The notes beneath the pieces are model-generated. The model searched no databases. It saw only the letters and a list, made by a program, of their open reading frames with translations, and had not been told where the DNA came from. A DNA stretch of 64,000 nt, taken from Oculina patagonica (lineage: Eukaryota). Shown here one piece after another: positions 26,643-38,800 of the stretch; the stretch's first letter is position 1, and each line of letters starts with the position of its first letter. The DNA lies in NCBI RefSeq assembly GCF_052425735.1, contig NC_135771.1:15252001-15316000 (forward strand), written 5' to 3'. A program made the translations under genes and the position numbers.

Positions 26643-29600
26643 ATGGCCGGAGATAGGATCTTAACAATTATTTTTCTGAGTGGCATTGCCTTCTTGCTGC
26701 TGGACAAAGGACCATGTCACGCGGCGGAAAGTGGTGAGTTGCTTGTTTATGCATATGATACCAAACATTTGTTCAGCAAAAAATTGCCCAAACAGAGTGT
26801 TGGCATCAAAAGGTAAACACTTTATTGAGATCACAGCCGGATGTGTGCTAAAACAAGGTCTGAAATAACTTGTATGTTCAATCAGTGGAGCTCAGTGGGA
26901 ACTTCAGAAACGATTTTCCAATAATTAAAAGGTCTGTTCCTGTGGCAATTTCCACCTTACGGTCCAATCTTCTACAGTCTTAACCATTCGTTCTTTTCAC
27001 ATTTTCTAAGCTCCCAAACAATTATTTTAAGGAGGTCCACAGTATTTTTTCTTTGAAATTGAGATGAGACTTTTGAAGATACAAATTCGGTCTAGAGGCA
27101 ACATTCGCCTTCACTGATGGTCTCAGGGAAACAAAACTCCCTGTTTCCCTTGCTAAATACTTAAAAAAAAGGACGAAGATGAATTCGTTGCGCGAGCGTT
27201 TCAACTCAAATCTATTTCATAAACCCCCCACACATTGATTAATGTTACAAAGGTTACGAAGATTGTGTATAAATTTGTTTGTATTTTACCTCTTGCCCCC
27301 CCCCCCTCCTCGATTAGTTCTGCAACTAGTACTAGTAGCGGGGGCAAGAACTCTCAGTTTGTAATCAGTATGTTCATTGTATGTATCTGTAAAATAAGGT
27401 CACATAAGTTTGTTTTAGTTTTTGTTACATTGATTCAACGGCTATTTGTAGGAAATCGGTGCTATGAGACCTTGGATTTTGAGGACTCGGAGCAGCACAG
27501 GTGCTTCGTTACAACAAGAGGAAAGATTTCATTCTCTTCCTTCACAGCCAAACACGGGACATTGTCTCTGAAATGGGAATCTGAAGACACGGGCACATCA
27601 GAACTAAGGTACAACAGACCATCATCAGCTCCTGCCATAAACAAACATCATCTACTGAGAGGAGGAATTAAGATGTGGATTTACAAGGAAACAGCTTCCA
27701 AGGGAAAGAAGCTGGAAGTAAGGTTCACAGACGACACAAGGAATGTCAAAGTGGGAAAGTTTACGGTCGACTTGGCGTTTAAAGGTTGGAGAGCAATATG
27801 GGTGAGATACTCTGAGTGCAAAGAACGCGAGGACAGTCTTAGATATCCGGCGGAAATTACAAGAGTCGACTTTGTTTTAGACCACCAGGACACAGTCTAT
27901 ATTGATTTGGTTGAATTCGTTGAAAACATGGCCTGGGAATCTCGAGACAAAATTGTTCCACCTTTCACAAAATTTGGCCCAAAGTATGACGCAAGCTATG
28001 TTTGGCGGCAAACGTATCGCTGGAGTAAGCAGAAACCGACTGAGCTCCCAAGTAGTATTGATTCTTCCAAGGAATTAAGTCTCGCTCACATAGAAAGTCG
28101 ACTGAGAAACTGGTATTGTGATGAGAAGCAAACCAGTTATGATTTCTCGGGAAGTCTCAGTAGACGTTGGAGTTCACTTACGCGAAGCATCGACAAGGCC
28201 CACATTGAATACGACAGGCTCGAGTTTAAAACATCGTCCGGTAAGAGAGTAATTCACGGCCCGCCATTGTTTTGCCTCAGGTGTAAAAGAGGAACAAGAT
28301 ATTATTCCACCTCAGATCCAACAAGGAAGTTTAGCTTTATAATGGCGAGAGTCCTGTTGCCTTTAGCATTAGAATTTCATCTAAGATCTCGAGGTAACGA
28401 ACTTACCGAGACAGTAAGGAGAGAGACACCTCTACTGAATTCCCCAGATCCCAACGTTATGCAAAAGTCACTCAGAAGAATTTGTGGAGGTCTCAAAACT
28501 AGACAGACTGAGTTTCAAACCTATCTTAAAGCGCAGGGAACGCCATACACAAATGCCAAAGTGCGAAGCTCCTTAGAGTACATAAACAAGGTACGTCTCC
28601 AAAGAGTCATCAATGTCCTGGATTACCTTGAGGACCAAGGATGGGCAGATGGGAGTGCCTTAGGTACGCTGGCTTACGAGATGCTACGAAGTCGGGCTGG
28701 TTATATGCATACTCTTTTCTTACTTAAAGACTCGTTACATATGGATAATGCGAACAAGACAAGATTGGTGAATTTGATAAACACCGCAAAATGGTATAAT
28801 GAATTTGGTGAAGTATATCAAGCACCATTTGAATACAGTGGAACAACAGCCGACCGAATGATCACAATAATGCTATTTCGGCTTTTGACAGTGCTTACAA
28901 TGCCCACTAATACAGAAGACGAAATAAAAGCAAGACAGAGAGATATGGAGGCTTTAAAACGATGGATGGATAACACTTTGACAATCAACAAAGCATTTGG
29001 AGGCGTCATCAAACCGGATTATACTGGTTTTCATCACATGGCATTCTACGCTTCTGCATATATACCACAGGCTTTGCACACAGCCGCACAGGTGCAATAT
29101 CTCTTAGAAGGGACGGACTATGCCTTATCAAACATAGCAAAAAGCAATTTACGACGAGCTCTTGAAACCGTCCGAGTGGTAGCTGTGAAATATTCATCCC
29201 CAAGCAGCGTGGGAGGACGCTTCCCCGACTACTCTAATGCTGTTCTCAGAAAAATCCTTCCTGCGTATGCATACATCAGCGTATCCCACCCGAAGGTACT
29301 ACCCACCACTCCTACCAAAGGAATAACCATCCCTGCCTTGACTAAAGATGCTGAGATGTTTTCACGCTTGTATCAGCCTTCAGAAGCCATCATCATTAAA
29401 TACATGGAAGATGGATGGGTCCATCCAGGGAAGTCGTACATGAACAGCCTTGGATCGCTGGAAATAATGCGAAAAGTAAGTACATAAAATAACCGCAGCG
29501 TTTAATGAAAATTTTGGAGAAGGAAAATTTGAATGCCTGTGCCTTATAATTCCAGATAGAAATGGAATATTATTATCTTCAATATATCTTAATTTTATAC

Positions 29601-31559
29601 ATGTTAGTGAGACGCCATCCTGGCAGTAACCGATACACTACCTCTTCTTTTGAATAAAAGGCACAATCGGTTGAGTATGAATTCGAAAAGCCAAAAGACA
29701 TATTCATATCTTCATTTCGGTGTTCTAAATCATGTCCCTCTAAATTATGTACATATGCGATAGAATATGTATTTTTCTTTGAGACTAAACAGCGACCAAC
29801 CACATTTGTTCCAAACTAACGGTGTTGTGCACTCCATAATTATGGTTTCTCTTAATTGAATAATAATTGAATAATTATTATTCTTAATTAGAATAATAAA
29901 CAACATGTTCACTGGTGTTCCTCTCGTGGTTGGTAGTACTTGAATGTTTTTTCTTTGAATTCTGATCGTTATTGGACTTAGGTTTTTTATCGTTTATTGT
30001 AAATGATACATTGAAATACAACTTTTCAATAAGTCGAAAAATACGAGTCCTCCCTTTATTGGATGGCTTTATAGCCACTCATAAAATTTTGGAATAATAT
30101 TTTTTTTTCGTCTTTCTTTTAGGTAGGTTCCATAGTCGCCACTGCTGAGAAATCTCCACAGGGCCATTGGTCCAAGAACTTTGCAGCCCTCTCAATTCAC
30201 CGTCGCGAAGACTGGGCTGTCACAGTTAAGGGTTTTAACAGGTTTGTCTGGGACTTTGAAGGCTCTACATCAAAATTGGAAAACGTCCATGGCATCTTTC
30301 AAAGCCATGGCGCGATGCTAATAGCAAACAGTGAGGAGGCACTGAAGGCTCACGACGTAAATGAGGGATGGGATTGGACGAAAATTCCCGGCGCCACGAC
30401 GATATCACTGACCTTGCAGGAAACGAGGTTGAAGAAGGAAAGAATTTTCAGTCCACTTTCCCTTGCTGGAGGAGTTGCCTTTAAAGGGACAGAGACTCTC
30501 TCCAGCGGTGCCTTTGGTATGGACTTTCACCAACCGGATTACGAGTTCTTGAATAAAAATCACCCTTACCCCAATATCAAGCTTTATTTTAAGAAGTCTG
30601 TGTTCTTTTATCAAAATCTGTTAGTCTGCTTAGGCAGTAACATTCGATTGGAGAACGGCTCTGGAAAGAAAGCACAAACAACACTCTTTCAAGACAAGCT
30701 GCTAAGAGGTTTTTCTCCATTCTTCATTAAAGTGGATGGCGCTCAAAAGGGTTGTTCAGATCCGTTGAACACTACGACACCATATGCTAGAAATGGAGAA
30801 AAAAATTACACCACTCTTGTTGACTCCAAAGGCAACAGCTACTATATTCCACGTTCAAGTGCCTCTAGTCTCAAGGTTCATATTCAAAATCAAACCTCCG
30901 AAACACCATCAGCTAAAACGTCACAAGGTTGCTATGGTACCGCCTGGCTTGAGCACAGTCCCTCGATTCAAAGCTATGAATACGCAGTCTACATCAAAAC
31001 ACCGTCATATCCACGCACGGCAGACGAAGCTTGGAGTTATCAAGAAAATGATACTCAAAGGAAACTATACGAAGTTTTAAAACAGGATGATGAAGCACAC
31101 GTGGTGAAATTTGGCAAGGCACCAGAACGCTGGTCAGTGATAAGTCCGTTGTATGGTTATGTGATTTTCCGGCCTACAGCAGCACTTCCACTGGGCCCAA
31201 TCATGACAGCGAACAAGCACTGCCGTATCTTGGTGTGTGACTCCACAAGCTACTTGTATCTAAGTATCAGCTACCCTGATCTGAATTTTCCTGACGCCAA
31301 GGTATTAAAGAGTTTGAAAGATATCAAAGCACGAGAGATGTACGACCTGGAAAGCAAAGAAATCCAAGTAGAGGTTACTCTGGCAACCAATGTGGAAACA
31401 AGCCTTCCAACGACACCCATGGTACACGGATCCCCAATCAACTACATACCAGTAGTCAAAGTGGAGTCTTCATCTTCTTCACCTCCAAACAAGGGTAACA
31501 AAATTGTCTTCGCCAATCTCAGGAATGGTTTCAGCGTTGAAATTAAGTTAAAAAAGTAA
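26643..31559 (+). CDS. Secreted chondroitin-sulfate ABC lyase-like protein (polysaccharide lyase family 8), copy A, about 1183 aa
   Basis: Exons 26643-26733 (signal peptide MAGDRILTIIFLSGIAFLLLDKGPCHAAES), 27452-29475 and 30123-31559 join in frame through GT-AG introns (3552 nt). Motifs typical of bacterial chondroitinase ABC: KHGTLSLKW, MWIY, FKGWRAI, LEDQGWADGSALG, IKPDYTGFHH..Y...Y, PSSVGGRFP, IHRREDWAVTVKGFN..WDFE, GIFQSHG, GWDWTKIPGATT, KKSVFF..LVCLGSNI, TTLFQ, GTAWLEH, YEYAV, LSISYPDL. AATAAA at 31690-31695. Confidence 0.9.
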
Positions 31560-31772
31560 GGTAAAGTTCAAGTTCTCTTATGAACAAAAATTCGGGGCTA
31601 CCAACTTGTAAAATCGAAGGATGAAATTATCATTAATAATCGTTTAATGTAAAAAATATCTAGTTAGTGGTTTAATGGTATATGAAAATAATAAAGGCTT
31701 GTAACGAAAATGTTTCGTTTTTCACTGCTCACTCAGCTCTCTTCGAACTACGCCCTCGCTTTTATCCATGGC

Positions 31773-31856
31773 CGACCGACCGCCGACCGGTAAGCTCAGT
31801 TGGTAGAGCGCCGGACTACCGTGCGGGAGGTCTCGGGTTCGAGTCCCAGACCGGAT

Positions 31857-31889
<33 letters not shown>

Positions 31890-32178
31890 TATGCTGCCTT
31901 TGCAATAACAACTGCAAATGGTTAGAAATTCTAGTCTTCTCGGATAAGGACGATAAACCGTAGGCCCCGTCTCCTGCATCTTAATTGTTATGGTCAGCAG
32001 GGGACGTAAAAGAACCCACACACTTATCGTAAAGAGTAGGGCATGGAGTTCCCGGTGTTGTGGTCTGGTCTTTGCCCATTGTGCCGTTGTACTGTTGAAA
32101 TGCTCGGAGATATTAGCTATGTTAAAAGCTAATCTACAATCCGAGGGTAAATAACGTATTCACTTCACACACACTTCA
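31773..32178 (+). mobile_element. tRNA-derived SINE (Nin-domain-like), copy A
   Basis: A-box agctcagttggtagagcg, B-box ggttcgagtccc, central 'tctcggataaggacgataaaccgtagg', (cactt)-type tail, and 6-bp direct repeat catggc at 31767-31772 and 32179-32184. Confidence 0.85.
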
Positions 32179-33469
32179 CATGGCTCAACCATGCTACGTC
32201 TCAAACTTGTGGAAAACGGCTGGCAGAAAATTTTCTATAAATTGGGTTTTCATTTGAGTAGTATACCTAGTTATTGCATGATCGACACATATTTTTTTTT
32301 GTTATTAAACAACCCTTATTTAACTTACAACCCTGTTGAATACTTCAATATTTTTTCAGTTAGTTAAGTCCGGGGAGGGTTTGATAATGTAGCAGGAAAG
32401 AGTGGGGCTGATGAAATGAATTTATGGTTATTAATGTGGGATTTCTCTGTATAAATCCCTCTTTTCAAGGATTTATACAGACTAATAAACTGTTCCTGAC
32501 CAAATCAAACCTCTTGTCTGGACAAATTTAACTCTACATTTCCAACAATAAAGTTTTTAAAGCAACCTGATACAAAACAATTTAAGCTATAAATACAGCC
32601 CAAACATTTCTTAGGTTTACTTTTCCTAAAATTTTAAGTTTACAACAACGCGCGTCTCGTTCTTAAAAAACACGGCATTCCTAGACGTTTCCTAACAACT
32701 TATCCGGAATTCTGTTCCGCTGAGAAGCTTTGGCCGCAGCGACCGTAGTTGGTTCAACTTTTCGTAAAATGTCCTTGCTGTTTCTCTATCCACTAACCCT
32801 GTTACTGAGTTACAGATCGAAGGGAACTCTACACGCAGGTAACTACCCACCCAATGTACAGAAGAACCTAGTTTGAATTCTCTAGTTTAGTTACCGCCAA
32901 CATGAATAAAGTGCTATAAAGGTGTTGTTTTTACACCATAAACGCTGTCTTTCTAGTTTTTTTATTTTTATATTTGAATTCTTTTTAGAGTCCCCAATTA
33001 ACCCACTCGAGCTAAATACGTTGGCACTCAAAAAATTGTTCTCCATTGACACTACCATGGCAACAAATTTCGACGTCAAAAGCATTGAATACTGTTCACT
33101 AATAACTGCTTTATACAGGTTTTCACTTAACGTTCATGATATAAGTACCATCAGTAGCTGTAATAGAATGCCACACACGCAGGAGAAGTCTAAAGAATTG
33201 GAAGTCACCTAAATTTACAATTTACCGATCTTATTGCCGGAGATTAAAAATTTCTACTTTCTAATCAGTGTGGTGGCTACGCTGCGCATTTCCTGAAAGT
33301 TACAAAACAATAACGTTCCACAGAAAAATCTGATCCAGGCCTATTTCGAGTGCGCCCTTTTGAAACACAGACGGTGTCGTTCAAAATTGCACCTTAATAA
33401 TATATTTTTTTTTTATTTCAGTACAAACTATTTAAATGTCATTGTAGTTTCTGCTGCCGTTTCTCGGTT

Positions 33470-34162
33470 ATGGATGTTCTTGTCGGACTTACAGCCCAAC
33501 CAGGTTATTTAAGCTTCAGGCTCGTAGAAAACCAGCATCGTTTCGTCCCTTGTTTTGTGAGACTTGTTTATTGCGCTGCCTTCTACGTTTGCTTTGGAGT
33601 GTCTTTCATGACCTTAAGCACTATAAGCTACGAACGATTAGTGGCGGTTCGATTGCGAGTTCGGTACAACGCGTATTTCTCTTCTAGCCGTGTTTTGAAG
33701 TATACCGCGCTAGGTATATGGACTGTGAACATTTCGCTAGCCGCTTTACAATGGGCGAAAATTAACTATGTAGCAACAAGCATACATCACGTCATTTGGC
33801 TGATTCAGTGCCTTTTTGCTACAGGAGTAACTCAGGTGGCAGTGCTAATCGTTGTGCGAAGAAGTCGACGGCAGGTCCAGGAGCAAATGACAGCTGTGGA
33901 AATCGTTAGGAAGCAAAGAGAATTCAAACTTGCTTTGAGCATCTCAATTATCGTGGCGGTGTATTTAATTTTAAACACTCCTGTAATGTTTGTGACATTT
34001 TACCATCAAACGCTAAGATATAACTTGCCAACATATAATGTATATAGCTGGGCAGAAACATTTGCTTTTCTTAACTCGTGTTCAAACCCTCTTATTCTTT
34101 TTTGGAAGAATCAACAGGTTCGGCAAAGAGTCTTTGATCTGTTGAAAAGAGTAGTGTGCTAG
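33470..34162 (+). CDS. Class A (rhodopsin-like) GPCR, TM2-TM7 only; N-terminus and TM1 not found (possible pseudogene)
   Basis: DVLVGLTAQP (TM2), SFMTLSTISYERLVAV (TM3 and DRY-like motif), IW (TM4), REFKLA (TM6), FLNSCSNPLILFWK (TM7). The frame is open back to a possible acceptor at 33420-33421, but no GN-type TM1 is visible. Confidence 0.75.
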   Translation: MDVLVGLTAQPGYLSFRLVENQHRFVPCFVRLVYCAAFYVCFGVSFMTLSTISYERLVAVRLRVRYNAYFSSSRVLKYTALGIWTVNISLAALQWAKINYVATSIHHVIWLIQCLFATGVTQVAVLIVVRRSRRQVQEQMTAVEIVRKQREFKLALSISIIVAVYLILNTPVMFVTFYHQTLRYNLPTYNVYSWAETFAFLNSCSNPLILFWKNQQVRQRVFDLLKRVVC

Positions 34163-35670
34163 TGAAGATGCAAACGCAATGTGTGTTTTCTTTAGACATG
34201 ATTGAGATCGAGATTTTTTGCGAACTTTTTACAATTAAAGACATCTGCTAGTGGGAATGAAGGCCAGGGTACAAAGGTTTTGAAGCTGCTGAATACGCGA
34301 GGAGATTTCCCTCAGAAACGTTTTCTTTTCTACCACGGTATTTATAAGGCAGAGATCAGTGAACTGAAGACGAAGCCAGTGTGCCTACTTTTTTTAATGT
34401 TTTGAATATTTATAATAAGGAAAATTTCCCCAAAACTGTTTTTCAACCTTTTTTAATGCAAATTTAGGTAATTGCTACTATGGCTCCACTTTTCTTGTTC
34501 TTTTGAAGCTATATATTGCTGTAGCCCGAATTACCATTTTTAACCGTTTGATGTTGTAAATGTCAAGAAAAGTGAAATAATACATTCAACGCTCATCACC
34601 TGCTATTAAAGTATTATGTGCGTTTTACAACGGATTACATATCCTTTTTAACTCCACGTTTCATCTGGTAAAAATGGCTGGTGTTTGTGCACGTTTGTAC
34701 TAAAACGCCGGTTTTATAAAAAAAAATTTATTTGGCATTTGTATACATAAAACCAGATTCGAATCTTAATTTCCGTTCGCTTTAATGTAAAAAGCACAAG
34801 AGAAACTACAAAAAACAAGAAACAGGGGTATGTTATATGCAAACTTGCACATAAAGGTAAACGACATGCACTGGAAGCTTACATGAACGGTTTATGACTG
34901 ACATCTACCACGTAATTCTTGCAATATCGTTTTAACGTGCCAGATGGTGTGCGAGGAGCTTGTAATGAGGCCTTTAATAAAGGTGTTCATGACGAGGTGT
35001 CAAATAAAAATATTCCCCTATCATGCACTTGATTGCTGGCTTTACTTTGCCGAAATGTTTTGACTCACGAGTTTCGATTAGCTGGTAAAAGAACTTCGTG
35101 TCATCCATGCATTCTGACTACGTTGGGAGGCCGCCCGATTTTGTTAATCAACAGTATAATTACTCATTCAAAATTGCCTTTTCCTTTCCAAGCTGTCCTT
35201 CTACATAATATTTTCGCTATTTTTTTTAAAATGGCATTGCGGGTATCTGAAAACACTTCAACTGTTTTCGAAAAAAATAGCTTAGAAAATTTATACGAGA
35301 TGAATTTTTTGCCTGCGTGCAGCTGTCTCCTATTTCCTCTCGCGGAAAAGAGACGACCCGTGTGAGGAAATAGGAGACCACTGCAAGCAGGAATGTTGTA
35401 TTCCAAAAGAAATCCCAGACTTGGTAAAAAGTAACGTTTAACTCACAAATTTAAATGTGATTTGTAAACATTTGTAAGCATCCAAAAACAATGTTGCTTC
35501 CAATCGGATGCAACGTTCTTTATCAGAACAACAGAGATATACGAGTGTCATTTCTTCAGTGCATGCGCATCTTTTAAGACGCGCACATCACTAATATGTC
35601 GTGGCTAGGCGACAAAACGTGTGCGCTTATTGTAGCTAGTGATAACTTAGATGATGTCGCTTGTTGTTAA

Positions 35671-35808
35671 AGCCTGGTTCTCATTTGATCGTCCCGATCG
35701 TCTCTGTCGCTTCTGTCGCTTCAAAAAGTTTGCTTGCTCCAATCACCTCAGACTTTGCAAACGACAGAAGCGACAGAGACGATCGGGGCGATCATACGAG
35801 AACCAGCC
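35671..35808. mobile_element. Short palindromic TTAA-flanked MITE
   Basis: TTAA-agcctggttctcatttgatcgtcccgatcgtctctgtcgcttctgtcg ... cgacagaagcgacagagacgatcggggcgatcatacgagaaccagcc-TTAA. Copy at 62467-62613 has one extra 9-mer; a remnant ends at about 23717. Confidence 0.75.
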
Positions 35809-38800
35809 TTAAAGGGTCGACCTCTGTCGTATGCTTTGTGGTCCAGCAACATGCCAACCTGTTATGCGGTTTGTGTACGCGCATGTCCATATGGGCTGTG
35901 GTCGGCCAAAAGGAAATATTTTACGCTCGTCTTATTGAATGAACGTTCAACGATACTCTTCTAAGTCCAAAGTTTTTCCATCTTGACCCAAAGTTTGTTT
36001 GGCCAGTCACCTCGAAACGAAACAGTATATTTTTATTTTTACTTTTCACTTAGATTTTGGTGTTATATAGTTTCAACAACAATCTCTTCTTTTCAAAAGG
36101 AGACCAGCGCAAAGCATCTTACCTCATAAACCACCCTGGACAATAAAATTGCCATATTCCTAACTGAAGGCAAGTTAGTAAGTTACCAAATTATAGATAA
36201 GCGACTGAAAGAAAAGCACAAACACATCTATTCACAACAGAAGCAAGAGGAAAGAGGAAAGCAAAAAACATCGATTAAACAGACAGCTTAAAAATGACTT
36301 GTTCGACTTTTTTATTCGAAAACGTGACAGAGCTCAACATGGCCAGAGCACACAACTGCAATGAAAATACATCAAATCATTTTCTATAGTAATTAGAATA
36401 CTGCTTACATGTATGACTGCTAGCTGCAGTTAATCAATAAAATCGGTCGCTTAGCCTAAAACGTTAAGACTTTCATAAAAAGGAAAACAACCGACAAAAA
36501 AGGTAAACATTCAAATTCTCTCAACTTGTAGGGCGTGATATCGCCACCTGAAGTTAGGGGAGGCCAATAAGGAGACTTTACATGTTGTCAACGCTTTAAA
36601 CCAATTGGATGCTGAGATTGCTTTCGCAGATTTCGCATTTATCGAGAAATAAGCTTGCCTGCGGTTTTGAAGACTATTTTGGGTACGTGGGCTGCGTTAT
36701 AACGCGTTAAATGTAACGGTAACGAAAGAACGCTTGTTTACACACAGGAGGTTGTCTAAGCACTTAATTCTCAGCTAGAGTAGCTCTGGGCCTCGCCTGA
36801 GGCAACTTTAGTACATTCCCTTCTCATTTAGCAATACTTAGCGTGCGGCCGTAACTCAGTTAAGGACCAACAATGTAGCCCAGTTAATAATACTTGCATT
36901 ATCGTGGCTTTTGCCGTAGTTCATGCTTAAATTTATCAATCACTAAAATGTTTTCTCTCTAGAAATTAATTTGCGGTAAAATCAGTCGGGTCGTTTATTC
37001 TTGCACATTAATTTTCAGACAGGAAATTAAAGAAATTTAACTTTACCCTTACTGTATTTGTTTACAGTTTTTTCGAAACTTTCCTGAATTTTAAGCTTGT
37101 CCGTACCACTTATCATCTTGCGCAGAAACTGATATTTTTTAATAGTCTCAACTTTGCATTTGCTTAATAATTCAACTTATAAACCTTGAAGGTACATTTT
37201 AGCTGCATTATTTAGTAAAGGAAGTAGATTGCGATTTGAGGAGAAATCACAACAGTTGAATTATTAAACACATCACCGTAGGATATAATTAGGACTGTTA
37301 AAGTTTATCGTAGTATGAAGATAAGAATTATGGTGGCTCTACCAAAACTTGTGACATCGGTCAAAGAATAAATGGAATATCAAATACTGTCAGTATCCAC
37401 CGGAAATTAAGCAAAAATCCAGCCTTTGGAGGGATTAATTCTTGTTACTGCCAAAGAGAAAGAATGAACTTAATTGTTTACACTGAATTTGAAGAACTTG
37501 AAGTTGCTTATCTATATTGTCTCTAGAGTTGTTCCTATATATTTCCATACAGTAATATTAAGTCCTTTTTTTCCTAGCTATAGTCTTCACTGTTGTCTTG
37601 TTGCTAAAATAAACTGCATGTTTTAGACACCTATGACTATTAATTCTTGGCTGGCCTGTAATTTGACTTATTGCGATAAAACATTTTGGTTACTGTTATC
37701 CGGCATGAATACGCGATGAGCAGTGCTACAGGCCACCTGCGTGGGAACAGAGGGTTGATGTTTACGTATTTACCGGTGAATAAGTTCCAACGTGGACTTC
37801 AGCCATAACCATCTAGAAAAACCAGGTACGAAACTATTGCCACATATAAACCTATATTCGAAAAAAATTAATATATAAAGTACGAATGTTTCAAAATGAT
37901 GCCATTACGGATTTTAAAAGAACCCGTGTTTTTGAATATTGAATTCAACGATTTTGTGATAAGGAAACATACGTTCCTTAAAATTAAATCTTTTTCGTGC
38001 AGGTATTTTTAACGTAGTACAAAAATTATGGAGAATATTTCAGTGCGTGATACAGCTACAATGATAACTACTACACTGGAAGGATGTTAGGATGTGGTCG
38101 GTTAGAAATGATGAAAAATTTAAATAACACGGCAAATGTTCAAAGCCGGCACAACAAATTCGATAATAAAATAGAAAAAATTGCTATACCCTTCTCGGTA
38201 AATGGCATAAGAATCTGCGCTTAAATGTTCTGCAAAAAAATTATCATTTTAAAACTATATTTCAAAAAAAGTGATAAACAAACAGGAATTTAAATAACAG
38301 AGTCAAACTCAAGAGATCCATTTAATTATTTACAAATTTTTTTGGTTCATATTTTGAATGTAAGCATTTTTAATTTCTTGTAGATGTTATTTCAAAATCT
38401 TCATCTTGGACACATTTTTTAAGAATTAAATTCTTTTATGTACTTTCAAGGTTATTGCTAAGCTTTTAATATTACTTGTTCTTAACTCAAGTTTCCCAGT
38501 GGAAAATGTTGTACTTTGAATGTTATCCATAATTCTGTAAATTTTAACCGAGTTAGAAATACTAAGTAGCTACATACAGAAATGTATATCACCATCTTTT
38601 TGTACTGCTTTAAGTTGACAAAATGACGAATAAGAGAATCAGCAAGCGAAGAATTTACGGATAAAACGGTTGTACCAAGACCTTTAATTACAAAGGGTGA
38701 CCAAGATCTAATTTCTCCCTTGATTATCAATACATTGTAAAGCCTACCGGTAATGAGAATAAACAAAATAATCAACTAGGGATCATCACCTTGATGTACC

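Larger units (their letters stand above)
24339..37204 (+). repeat. Segmental duplication, copy A (lyase + SINE + GPCR)
   Basis: Colinear and mostly near-identical to 45707-64000. The right end is set only by the window edge. Confidence 0.95.

Noticed and set aside
27235-27451. N-terminal extensions of the 750-aa and 733-aa ORFs
   Set aside because: Intron read-through upstream of the AG acceptor; the two copies differ by an indel here.
27462-31080. Short antisense or alternate-frame ORFs over the lyase, LINE and other exons
   Set aside because: Shadow ORFs of real coding sequence; their recurrence in copy B only reflects the duplication.
26643-31559. Lyase as bacterial contamination
   Set aside because: It has spliceosomal introns with consistent phases and a poly(A) signal, is contiguous with C9orf72 and host-type repeats, and has no operon-like neighbours.
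31788-31860. tRNA gene (also about 53285-53357, 11826-11890, 17527-17600)
   Set aside because: A/B boxes are present, but they continue into a SINE body with tail and TSD, or lie inside a repeat. No convincing cloverleaf.
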